This document shows positions 25,098 through 37,527 of a DNA stretch of 64,000 nucleotides, in pieces; within the stretch, counting starts at the first letter, position 1; each line of letters begins with the position of its first letter. The translations under genes were made by a program, and so were the position numbers. Source of the DNA: Octopus bimaculoides (Eukaryota); the NCBI RefSeq assembly GCF_001194135.2, contig NC_068992.1, forward strand, positions 17,877,205-17,941,204, read 5' to 3'. The notes below the pieces were generated by a model. That model made no database searches, was not told the origin of the DNA, and worked only from the letters and a program-made list of their open reading frames with translations.

Positions 25098-25154
<57 letters not shown>

Positions 25155-25559
25155 ATCTCTCTCTCTCTATATATATATATATCTTCAATGAAGCCACATT
25201 TCGTTTTTTAAAAAATGTATTAACATAGCCATATAAGTTAGAAAGCCAAATTGACACAGCTACATCTATAGGAAAGTTTTCCATGTGAAGTTTTAATAAT
25301 TCATTATAAAAGCTTAGGTAGCAGGGGAATAGTGACAAGCCATGTGTCAGGTATAATTGTGTGTTTATGAATTAGTAAATACATGTAAACACCATCCTGT
25401 CACAAATTAACTTGGCTTCACGTTTTCAAAGTGCTTAATAATGAAGGTGGAAAACATGCAAAGAACGAAACAAATAATAGAAAAACACTATTACCATAAA
25501 CAAGATTAAAAAAGATATAGGTATGTGCATATAAGTGTATACATGTGTGTGTCCACTTA

Positions 25560-25591
<32 letters not shown>

Positions 25592-25901
25592 CATGTGTAT
25601 GTACATAGTGACGGATATATGTGTGTACATGTGAATGTTTACACACATGCATATGTAATATGTATATATATATATATATACGTATATATATATATGTGTG
25701 TGTATACATATATGTACACATATACAAATACATATGTATATACAGATACACATATATGCATATATACATACATATGTACATATATCTATATATATATAAT
25801 ATATAGATATATATATATATGAATATATATGTGCATATATATGTGTGTATATATATGCACATATATGTATGTATACATATATGCCTATATATATGTGTAT
25901 A

Positions 25902-25938
<37 letters not shown>

Positions 25939-26555
25939 NNNNNNNNNNNNNNNNNNNNNNNNNNNNNNNNNNNNNNNNNNNNNNNNNNNNNNNNNNNNNN
26001 NNNNNNNNNNNNNNNNNNNNNNNNNNNNNNNNNNNNNNNNNNNNNNNNATATATATAGAATGGTAGTCGAGGATATTGCAATAAACATTGACAGCTTGAG
26101 TCTCGATCTGTCAACAATTTGATCTTCAGTTTTGTTGTAGAAATCCGGATTTGTGTATTGCTTTAGAAACACAATGTCACATTGATATACATTGAAATAA
26201 CGAATAAACGCAACAGAGTAAGATAAAAAAAAAAAAGAGACATTCTGTTGTTCGGTTTATTTATTGTATATGTATTATTTTATTTCTGACATGGAGACGT
26301 GCGGAAAATCCATCACGAATGTCTTTTCCTATAAAAACATGTTGCACAATATGGAAGCCATGTAGACAAATATGTACATAGTTTCACATACATTCACATG
26401 GACTCATGTTCACACAGACACCCACATATGCATACGCGCGCGCGCATGCGCCCACGCAATCTCGTATAGTCACATGCAGACAAACATTCAGGCGTTCATT
26501 TTACACATTTTATTTGTACGCATCTCTCTATCTTGAAAGTCTTGCTTTAGTTGGG

Positions 26556-26598
26556 AGACTACTACTGCTACTTCTTCTGCTGCCACTGCTGCTACTGG

Positions 26599-26657
<59 letters not shown>
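26556..26657 (+). repeat. (CTA)n microsatellite
   Basis: Directly visible. Confidence 0.95.
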
Positions 26658-26660
<3 letters not shown>

Positions 26661-27239
26661 TTTACTACGTGCTTCAACGTGTTCCCTCGATAGAAATTGT
26701 AGTCGAATCTCCATATAGTCGAAACTCCATATCACAGCCTACTTTCTTAAAATGAAGGATGCGTTGTACGCTGGGATCTTAGACAATTTATCGAGAAACG
26801 AAAGATAACAAATAAGATGGGATGCTGCATTTATTTACACCTAAATCACGACATCAACATCATATCCTTGAAATTTAAGCAGAAGTGGAACTTGTATGAG
26901 AGGTCTTCTCTTGTTTTATTTGCAGCCAATTTGAGATTCTTCCCTAACGGCCTTAAATGTACAGTTGAGAAAAGTTGTGTTATGCTCGGTAGAACCCATT
27001 ACCAAGAACACTTGTGCGAATATCCCCATAACTCCCGTCAACACCTACCTATTATCCTGACAATATATCTCCAACCCACGCTCCCCAACCATATGGTTCC
27101 GGGTTCAATCCCACTGCGTAGCACCTTGGGCAAGTGACTTCTGTTATAACGTTGAGCTTACCAAAGCTTTGTGAGTTGATTTGGTAGATGGAAACTGAAG
27201 GAAGACCATCGTATACATGCATACACACACACACACACA

Positions 27240-27281
<42 letters not shown>

Positions 27282-27299
27282 GTTGAGACNNNNNNNNNN

Positions 27300-27354
<55 letters not shown>

Positions 27355-27359
<5 letters not shown>

Positions 27360-27570
27360 GTTGAGACTTACAGAAATGCAAAAGACGAAGACAGGTGTGT
27401 AAACAACAAGAAGGTGTTTTAATTTAATACTCGGCAAAGTGAGTAAGTCTTTTACGTTTCGAGCCTACGCTCTTCAGCAGAAAGGAACACGAGGAAATAA
27501 ACAAAAGAGGAAATAAAAAGAGAAATTGGTGGTATTTAGCGGTTTGGCATGGCGACTGGTTTGAAACAAA
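27355..27570 (-). mobile_element. Probable Penelope pLTR fragment carrying a hammerhead-like motif
   Basis: Non-SINE sequence bounded by (CA/TA)n and containing the motif at 27449-27484. Confidence 0.55.
27449..27484 (-). ncRNA. Minimal hammerhead-like motif with an A6C core variant
   Basis: Minus strand: CUUU-CUGCUGA-A-GAGC(GUAG)GCUC-GAAA-CGU-A-AAAG. Stem I CUUU/AAAG, stem II GAGC/GCUC, palindromic stem III ACGU. Confidence 0.6.
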
Positions 27571-27572
27571 TG

Positions 27573-27633
<61 letters not shown>

Positions 27634-29041
27634 GTATTTGGGCGACTGTTTGTCACCCCCATCGCTTGACAACCAACGTTGATGTGTTTATGTCCCCGTC
27701 AGTTAGCGGTTCGGCAAAACTGCCCGATAGAATAAGAACTATGCTTAAAGAAAATAATTTCTAGGGTCGATTTATTCGACTAAAAGCGGTTTTCCAGCAT
27801 GGCTACAGTTAAACGACTGAAACAAGTAAAAGAATACGACAATGAAGAAAGCAAAATTGCTTTTCAGATTTCCAAAACGCTTAGTTATATAACTTCTGTC
27901 AATAATCTTTACCAAGGTTTTTCAGATTTGAGCCCCCAACACCGACATTAATTATCTGATGTATATACAAAAAGGAAAAATAAATGCACCCACAATCGTA
28001 TTCTTAATTTATATTAAGAATCTAATACGCACAAAACGATACACCCCCAGTTGCACATACGAAATAATCAACCTGATAAAAATCACAGACCTTCAAAACT
28101 ATTCACGAGATCAACATTGTATACTTGAGAAACAAAACTAAACATCACAAACTAAATAAGAAATTAAACCACAGAAAAACAGGTATGCGTTTTTAAGCAA
28201 CATTAGCGACAAAACAATGTAAACATTATATAGTGTAGTTAGCAATAATAAAAGCACCAAGAACCATAATAGATGCCATACAATCGTAATCTCAAATAAT
28301 ACACTCCAAATCCTGAATCGAAGCTAGCTAACGCCCTCGCCATAGATTCTGTGAAAATTAGCGGCGAAAGTCGTCGGTAAAGCAAAACGAAAATACTTCC
28401 CATTTATGCCGTGATTCTGATCTCTTCCATCGATCACTATCTGAGAAGCAATAGAAATAACAATAGGAATAGAAAATTTCAAATATCTCCATGCCAGGCA
28501 ATGTAAAAGACACAATGTGTAAGAGACACAAGACAGTTAAGAAAGAATACTAGCAATCTCCAGCATCTACTAATGTTCGTCAAAAAGACTGTTAGATTCG
28601 CAGAATATGAAAGACGGATGGGAAAAAATCGCAGTCTAAAGTTAAACGAACTCTTAAGCTTGCTGATACAGACTTTTATACATGCCTATAAATATCTTCG
28701 TAAGGCTACATGTGGGCTTCGATAACTAATTACTCGGCATATAACATTTTAACTACCATCGATAGTGATAAGTCTTTCGACTCGATTCCATTTCAAATGC
28801 ACATAATACAACACTTCTTAAATAAAAGATAACACTCCTAATTATATTATCTCTCAAGCTGTCTAGCATATGCAGAATACAAAAACATTTCCAGAACTTG
28901 CAATTTCCCTAATGGACTACCATAATTAATATTCGCTCAGTCAACCGTTTCAGCTATATGTTGTGGCGAGAGTCATTGAAACCCCTGGCGGATTGGAAGT
29001 ATGGACTAGCCGAACTCTTATAAAGAGTAGTGGTCGGTAAT

Positions 29042-29102
<61 letters not shown>

Positions 29103-29409
29103 ATGTTTTGGTAGTCTCGTGAAGTACGTCGTGTGAACATATAATTTATCTATACCAACCTGTGGCAGGATATAAAACTGTACTCAAACGAACTTCCGAC
29201 CCTTCATCATAACATTTGCAGTCTTTTACTCTGTTGCTACCGCACTATTTTCCGATCGTAGCTGCATAACGATCCCAAGATTTTACTAACCAACTAGAAA
29301 ACTGATTCCCAAACAAAACGGTCAAATCTAATGATTTTCTTCTCACTAGCAACCACAGAGAATTCAAACATAGACAACAATCACATCCAACGACATTCAT
29401 GTGACACGT

Positions 29410-29854
29410 TGTTGTTAGCACTCCGTCGCTTACGACGTCGAGAGTTCCAGTTGATTCGATCAACGGAACAGCCTGCTCGTGAATTTAACGTACAAGTGGC
29501 TGAGCACTCCACAGACACGTGTACCCTTAATGTAGTTCTCGGGGAGATTCAGCGTGACACAGTGTGACAAGGCTGACCCTTTGAATTACAGGTACAACAG
29601 AAAAAGGAAGTAAGAGTGAGAGAAAGAGTGTGGTGAAAAAGTACAGCAGGGTTCGCCACCATCCCCTGCCGGAGCCTCGTGGAGCTTTAGGTGTTTTCGC
29701 TCAATAAACACTCACAACGCCCGGTGTGGGAATCGAAACCGCGATCCTATGACCGCTTGTCCGCTGCCCNNNNNNNNNNCCGGTGTGGGAATCGAAACCG
29801 CGATCCTATGACCGCTTGTCCGCTGCCCTAACCACTGGGTCATTGCGCCTCCAC
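29410..29854 (-). mobile_element. SINE family A, full length (contains a 10-N gap with duplicated flank)
   Basis: Reverse complement of family A; TSD catgtgacacgt at 29398-29409 and 29855-29866. Confidence 0.92.
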
Positions 29855-30124
29855 CATGTGACACGTATACACATTCGAAAGACACATATACATCTGCAAC
29901 TTTCTTAACAGACATAGAAGAAATGAAGAAAACAATATCGATCATCAACGTGTTTGGTGCGCTCATACATTGCGTATTTGTCTAGCAGATACAAACAACA
30001 ATAAAGGAACTCAAACTGCATTCGATCTATCATGGATTATGTCAGTTCTACCAAGAATCGTGATTTGTTCCCAGCATGCCTGAATAAAATACAAGGTACA
30101 TACAACAGTGCATAACGCTTGAGC

Positions 30125-30335
30125 TGTGTTTGTTGTTCACAACAGTTTGACGATCAGTGGAGGTTTGTTTACGTTCTCGTGAACTAGCACCTCGGCAAAA
30201 GAGTTGGATAAAATAAATACGAAGCTAAAAAAATTAAGTACTGGAGTCGATTTGTTCGACAAAACTCTTCAAGACAAGAAGTGCCCCAGCATAGCCACAG
30301 GCTAATGACTGAAACAAGTAACAGAAAATAAAAAC
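30125..30335 (+). mobile_element. SINE family C 3' half, decayed
   Basis: tgtttacgttctcgtgaactagc...cggcaaaagag...gtcgatttgttcgac...gtgccccagcatagcc...atgactgaaacaagtaa. Confidence 0.75.
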
Positions 30336-30509
30336 AAAACAGAAGAAATAGTAACTGATTTTCTACTTGAGTCAGGGAAGTTCACAATAGGAATAATGCT
30401 ATGGTGAGAGGGAAGTTTTGAGGTTTAGGATAAACATCGGAATTCTATATCATTCGCGCCACACAGTCTCCATCTTAAAGAGGAAGCTAGCAGTTTATTG
30501 AACCTAATA

Positions 30510-31274
30510 CAGTAATCCCTCGACTATCGCGGGTGTTACCTTGCAACCCCACCCCGCGATAGGCAGATATCCTCGAAGTAGAAACACTACTGTACTGTAT
30601 ATTTTTAAAAAATTATTTTTATAATTTGTATATATTTATTTTATTATAAATGCAAACCTACACCACGTTGGAATCGAGGTAAGCTTAAATAACAAAACGT
30701 GATAGATGAGCCGCAATAAGGCGAGAGATTACTATATTGTCAATGCTAATCCAGGAATCTTCCCTAATTCTATCATTTCATTTCGATGTATTTGGATATT
30801 CGGTTTCATTTAACTCCTCTAACTCTGTTATAAAAATTGATATCACAAGAATACAATGCCGATTCAAGAGACTATCTTAACCCTAACAATTTTTCCATCT
30901 TGCGCTAATGTATTAATGTTCCATTCCCAGTCAACGTTCCGTTCATTTTCATTTTAACTGACGAAGGGCCATGTTAATCGAAACATTAAACGTTATTCCC
31001 TTCACTTGAAAAATCCTCACATTTTGTTTTCTTGTGTATGTTCGCTTTATCCATTTGTTTTCAGTTTTCAATTCAACAATAAAGAACAAAAGGGAGGTAA
31101 CTTACCGGCGAACTCTGTACAAAAATTTTTAGACTACAGTAATCCCTTGCTATAGCGCGGTTCACCTATCGCGGTTTATTATTTAAGATTACGTCGATGG
31201 TTTCTGCTTCGCGGATTTTCACCTATCGTGGGGCGTTTTGGAATGTAACACCCGCGATAGTCGAGGGATTACTG
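30510..31274. mobile_element. Non-autonomous Tc1/mariner-superfamily (Tigger/pogo-like) element
   Basis: Perfect 30-bp TIRs cagtaatccctcgactatcgcgggtgttac (30510-30539) and its reverse complement (31245-31274); TA on the left flank, CA on the right; no transposase ORF. Confidence 0.85.
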
Positions 31275-32349
31275 CATATCTTTTGTTTAGCTGCAGTAAT
31301 ATACTTAAGGGAGGTAAACTACAAGCGAGTACTGAGCAACTTTTCGTTGTATGTGTATCTTTTATTTAACGGCATTCATATACTTTCGGAAGGCATGAAT
31401 GACATATAATCTCATTTTTCCACATAGCAGCTGCAACAATATTTGTCACTTTGAAACAAATCAATATCGCAATGTCAGCTAACGTCATCGATTGATTTTA
31501 GTTCGAAGAATCTGTCTAATATTTATGAATTTTGGTAAATCCTTTTGAAATATAAAATTTCTTCCTGTTTGTTTTGAAGAATTTCCACTAATAGTATGAA
31601 CAGTGAAACAAAAAAAGTAAACAAACAAAAAAAAAAAATGAAAAACGCGTAGATTTGCTTCTCCTTTTAAAAGCGTAATGGAGGCGGTGATTCCTGAATT
31701 GAGGTGAGGAGGATGCAAGCCTAACTTTTATCTTTAAATCTATATTTCTGCTGAGTTGATGCAAATAAATATCAACAACCAATGAAAGAAAATAACTTTT
31801 CTTCTTTTTCTATTTGAATATATTTTCGCAGAAATATTAAAAATGTATTTTGTACGGAGATTTAGGAAAGATTCTCCCATTTTGAAATTCTCAACTGGCG
31901 GAATGGAAATTTCTGTGACACTAATAGATGTTGAAACAAAAACTCTAGGGGTAGTAATCTACACTTGAAAACTTCTTTCCAAGTTTTGTTCTATTGCAGT
32001 GTCTCTGGTTTATGTTTCAATAACATGAACATACAAACATAAATGTACAAATAAACATTTGTAATTGTGTATATTTAGGTGTGTATTTGTGTGTAAACGT
32101 TCCTATTTGGGTACTTGTATCCTTGTGTTGTGTTTTTATTCAGTATTCACGGAACTAAAATAGAATGGTTTGTGTAATACATCACAGAATAACTAGCGTA
32201 GAAATGTCCGTCGCAACACGTGTAGTGTTGTGTACTGTTTACTAGGTGTATTTTAGCTGCTTAAATTCAAAATACAGTACAGTAGTTAGTATAACAGTGA
32301 TTGCAGTGATTTCTGTAATCACATACATGTAGGCTGGTACATTGAAAGA

Positions 32350-32490
32350 ACCAGTAGAACCTCTGATGAAACACATTAGGGTATTCAGTTATATTCATTT
32401 ACGTTCAGAGTTCAAATCATGCTCAAGTCAACTTTGACTTTCATCCAATCAAGATTCGATAAAATAAGAACCAATCAAACATCAGGGAAA
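32350..32490 (+). mobile_element. SINE family B, decayed
   Basis: tttacgttcagagttcaaatc...aagtcaactttgactttcatcc...gataaaataagaacca. Confidence 0.65.
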
Positions 32491-33477
32491 ATTTAATCAA
32501 TTGTTTCCACCTTCCAATATGTGTGTGTCTGTATGGTAATTTCAGAAATCAATATTCTTAAGCATGTGGAGATTAATTCATATATCAATATTGCAACTTA
32601 TTGCAACAATTTCAATAGATCTCCATTAATTATCCCATTTATTCTTTCCATGCAAGTTTGGTTCATATATCTGGCAATGTAAGCAAAGACATTTGTCAAG
32701 CCATGTAAATATTTTCTGTTAAAACGTCTTTTTTATGTAATTCAAGATTTTTTTATTCAGCGTTCTCTTTAATCTACTTTCGTAGACGTATATCCTCTGT
32801 CAAAACACGGATAATTTTTATCTTGAGAAAAACTTACTTAGTCTATGTTTTCGTCTGTCTTTTCAATATTCTTATCTCTATTTGTATGTAATTATCACTG
32901 CTGGAGGCTGAGTCCTAGACAGGAAAAAGCTATAAAATTAGATACAATTATACCACAATAATGCTCTTTATAAAATGGCAAGTTCTAACAGGGAGGATCG
33001 TAACAGAAAGATAAAGATACAAAAATATTCAGACATACATTAACATTTAGTTGTCAGACAAGAGTGGATAACACATTTGGTTGAGTCCAATCAAATGCGT
33101 TGGAACATTTAGTTGTATGTTTTTAGGGTCTGGGTTCAAATCGCTAAGATAAATTCTAATCGAGAACTAGGGTTGTTTTTACAAACTAGGGTTTACCTTA
33201 AAATGTTTGGGTTTACACCAAAGTTTTAAAATCCATAAAGAAAAAAGGTCGACTCTAAGGTATCTAAAGAGGCGACAATCAGACATTTTAGAATTTTCGA
33301 TAAATGGAATATATTCCAGCCTTGTGGAAATAAGTGATTTTGATGTTTTGAGCAAGGCTCTTCTTCTTTCAAAGAAATGATTCTTCTTGAAGAATTCACA
33401 TCACCTTGTGACGCATAATCTCATGAAGTTTAACTAAATCAAAGCGTTGAAACTAGAACATGAAAAGGAGACATCTC

Positions 33478-33996
33478 TCACCTTCTAGTCTATATATTAC
33501 ATTATTCCAATGTTGTTGTGTTGTATCGAGATATTTATTTGCTACATCTGTTTAACCATAACTATGTTCATGAACTATGTTGATGAAGATTTTATCATTG
33601 CAGTAAATATTTGTAGAGATAACGTATGCACGCTCGTTAGAGCTTATAAAAATTTACACAACCTGGATTAATTTAGAAACATCTTCCTTTGGATTGAACA
33701 CTTGAATACTAGATCAACATGTCACCTTCTAGTTTATATATTACATTATTCCAATGTTGTTGTGTTGTATCGAGATATTTATTTGCTACATCTGTTTAAC
33801 CATAACTATGTTCATGAACTATGTTGATGAAGATTTTATCATTGCAGTAAATATTTGTAGAGATAACGTATGCACGCTCGTTAGAGCTTATAAAAATTTA
33901 CACAACCTGGATTAATTTAGAAACATCTTCCTTTGGATTGAACACTTGAATACTAGATCAACATGTCACCTTCTAGTTTATATATTACATTATTCC
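33478..33996 (+). repeat. 244-bp tandem repeat (2 full units plus the start of a third, running into an N gap)
   Basis: Units start at tcaccttctag 33478, 33722 and 33966; nearly identical. Confidence 0.95.
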
Positions 33997-34401
33997 NNNN
34001 NNNNNNNNNNNNNNNNNNNNNNNNNNNNNNNNNNNNNNNNNNNNNNNNNNNNNNNNNNNNNNNNNNNNNNNNNNNNNNNNNNNNNNNNNNNNNNNNNNNN
34101 NNNNNNNNNNNNNNNNNNNNNNNNNNNNNNNNNNNNNNNNNNNNNNNNNNNNNNNNNNNNNNNNNNNNNNNNNNNNNNNNNNNNNNNNNNNNNNNNNNNN
34201 NNNNNNNNNNNNNNNNNNNNNNNNNNNNNNNNNNNNNNNNNNNNNNNNNNNNNNNNNNNNNNNNNNNNNNNNNNNNNNNNNNNNNNNNNNNNNNNNNNNN
34301 NNNNNNNNNNNNNNNNNNNNNNNNNNNNNNNNNNNNNNNNNNNNNNNNNNNNNNNNNNNNNNNNNNNNNNNNNNNNNNNNNNNNNNNNNNNNNNNNNNNN
34401 N

Positions 34402-34432
<31 letters not shown>

Positions 34433-34449
34433 GTGTGTATCTATCTATC

Positions 34450-34515
<66 letters not shown>

Positions 34516-36900
34516 GTTATCTATCTATCAGCCTGTCTGTCTGTATGTGTGATATTGACACAACGTTTCACTCAGTATTACAACCAACTTTTCCCTGGAG
34601 ATAATTCTAAGTTACATGAGAGATTGGAGCTAAAACTTTTGTATAACCCACCCCCGCGAGTCTGGTTAATTGTTCCAAAGACAACTCGCTTTCTAACTTT
34701 AAGGGTGTTTAAACGTAAGGTATAAAGTTTTTGTCTGTCTCTGTATGTTATATTTGTCGGATTCATGTCGATAATTGTTTTAACAGAGAGTGAGAAGCAT
34801 TTAAGCGCAATGGTTCAGGCCTGGTCACCATAATATATATCCATTCAGCTGTGAGTGCCTAGATAACAGATGTAGGACTTCTACGTATTCATTCCATTAG
34901 AACACCATCAACGAAGAATCTGTCAAAATGAGCAGATAAAATACTTAGACTATACTATCTACCCGTTAACTTATATCGACTTTTTTCCTCGGTGTTTTGT
35001 ATATCTCTCACCGCCCTATANNNNNNNNNNTTCCTCTTTATCTATACATTATTTATATAATATTACTAGAATATTAAAGCACCCAGGTACAATTACCTTC
35101 CTTGCTCTTTTAGCTCCAAATTTATCGCGGTGGAAGTTAGAATATGCATGTTTATATAGAATCAATTAACTTGTCTTCTCCATGATTGTGAATAAATGTA
35201 ACGAGTAAAACTGTCTATCATTTGAAACTTGATGGATATGTAAATTCGAGAGGTCCAAACGTACGTAACGCGATTTATGCAGATACGGTTATATCGAATA
35301 AGAAATGTCGTGAAATAACTGAGAAAAGTGCGAAAGGATCACCGAACGGAGAGGAGGCTAATACAAAGGCAGAATAACTTAAAACATTAGGGTTTTTTTT
35401 TTCACCAATGATCGTAATATCAAAAATGTTAAATAACTAAGCGTCGATATTTACAGAAAATTATATTATCAGATTTTATTGAAACTATAGGAAAACATAA
35501 TTTCGTAAAGCTAGCGACTTTCTTAACGACAAACAATGAGTTTGAAATATGAAATTAATTTAAAGTAATAGAATTGTATATTTTTGTACATAATCAAATA
35601 ATTTGAGTAATTAGGGAACGCAATGTCTGTATGGCTACGTAATACTTTGTAAAACTTTTTCCCACACACTTCATTGAAAGTGTTAAATATCCAAGCGCTA
35701 AAATTCTACTGACTACACTAAGCTAGACTAAGTTGTCAGCTAGAAGCAATGTCTAAGATACTATTTACGTCGGCATTAAAATATGTTCTATTTCAATGTC
35801 TACAGCTGCAGCTGCTTGGTTTGATGTAATAGATATATCATATTTTTATTTTATAACTTCTGTAACTTTACAAACTATTATATATATATCATATGAAAGA
35901 GAAATTCAAAACTGGATGATAGAATGTCTGATCCTAATTGTGACTACACCAAAAAGAGAAGGAATATATTACAGACTGTATGCAATAAAAAGGAAAATTT
36001 AAAGAATATGACTGCTGCGAATATATATATATATCAAGAAATGATGCCCGCAGAATGAAATCAGCCGTGGCAACAGTTTTCTCTTTTCTCTACGGCTGTT
36101 TCCCTGCGCAAAAATTTCATTAATAGAGTGCACATGACTTTCTCTCATCAATGGTACCATAAGTGCAGGGTGCAATGTTTAAAATATTGTATTAAAAGCA
36201 GAAATATTTACAGCAGAGCGTTTTGTATAACATTACATTAAGTTGATTTGGGTAAGGAGAGAAAAGTAACCACTCGAACACTTGTTTAAAGAGAAACAAT
36301 ATAGAGGCTAAAACTAAAAAAAAAAAAAATATTAAAAAGGGACTTTCTTATTATCGATTGCCATTTCTTTTTTTATTTAGTGATTGGATTTCTAAATAAA
36401 CTTCGTGTGAGAGATTTAATGGTTGATCAGATAACTTTCGGAATATCTATCACTACCTCAAGGGGAAGGAAAAGAGATAGAAATTGAATGATTCTTTCCT
36501 TCTGTGAAACAATTCTGTATCGAACACATTTAATAATTTTACATTTTTGCCCTTCAAATCCATGCCCTTTTCCATAAAGGTTTATTTGAATTTTCTACAT
36601 GAAATAGTGATAGGTATTCGAAATTGCGCCCGATTTACGATTACACATGTCTCAAGAATGAAATACTTTACTTACTAATCCATTATTAAATAAAGCAAAA
36701 ATTGTCTGTGGAAAATAGGAAAGATCTGATTTAGATGAAGTCGTAAGTAAAGAACTAATAAAAATATCATGAATAATACTGGCGGTAGTTCCACTGCTGT
36801 GGGAGGAGGGTAAAATATTGTAGCTACACTGCGTAGCTGTTATTCACAATGTCTTTTGTGGTCTTTACAACAACAACAGCAACAGCAATAATAATAATAA

Positions 36901-37004
36901 TGTGCCTGGTGCAGCCTTATCAGACGGATAGTCATGGTGGGATACTGGGGTTCGTATATTTTACCCCAGTGTCACTTTTATGGCATGCACTGCTTTCTCA
37001 GTCG
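36901..37004 (+). mobile_element. 5'-truncated copy of the (AAT)n-embedded element
   Basis: tgtgcctggtgcagccttatcagacggatagtcatg...ttttaccccagtgtcact, same as 56401-56500; (AAT)n on both sides. Confidence 0.75.
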
Positions 37005-37090
37005 ATAATAATAATAATAATCATAATAATAATAATAACAACCACAATATCATGTATGTATGTATAATGTATGTATGTATGTATGTATGT

Positions 37091-37155
<65 letters not shown>

Positions 37156-37179
37156 CACATATATGTACATATATATATA

Positions 37180-37527
37180 CTTAGGCAAGTGTCTTCTACT
37201 ATAAGCTCTGGCCGACCAAAGCCTTGTGAGTAGATTTGGTAGACGGAAACTGAAAGAAGTCTATCGTATGCACACACATGCACACACCCGCCCATATATA
37301 TGTATATATTTGTGTGTGTGTCTATGTCTGTCCCTAAACCATCGCTTGACAACCGATGTTGGTGCGTTTACGTCCCCACAGCTTAACAGTTCGTCAAATG
37401 AGACCGATAGAATATATACTAGTCTTACGAAGGATAAGTCCTGGGTTCGATTTGTTCGACTTAAGGCAGTACTCCAGCATGGCCGCAGTCAAATAATTGA
37501 AGCATGTAAAAGAATAAAAGAATAAAA
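37180..37527 (+). mobile_element. SINE family C, 5'-truncated
   Basis: ggcaagtgtcttctactat...caaagccttgtgag...internal CA/TA/TG run...catcgcttgacaaccgatgttggtg...ctccagcatggccgcagtc...aaaagaataaaagaata. Confidence 0.88.

Larger units (their letters stand above)
27076..27836 (+). mobile_element. SINE family C with a foreign insert in its internal microsatellite
   Basis: Head ccaaccatatggttccgggttcaatcccactgcgtagcaccttgggcaagtg..., then (CA)n, insert 27355-27570, (CA)n, and 3' half catcgcttgacaacc...gactgaaacaagtaaaagaata. Confidence 0.85.

Noticed and set aside
26060-26140. CTGAAGA...GAGA hammerhead-like string on the minus strand
   Set aside because: GAAA is mutated and stem I does not pair; too degenerate to call.
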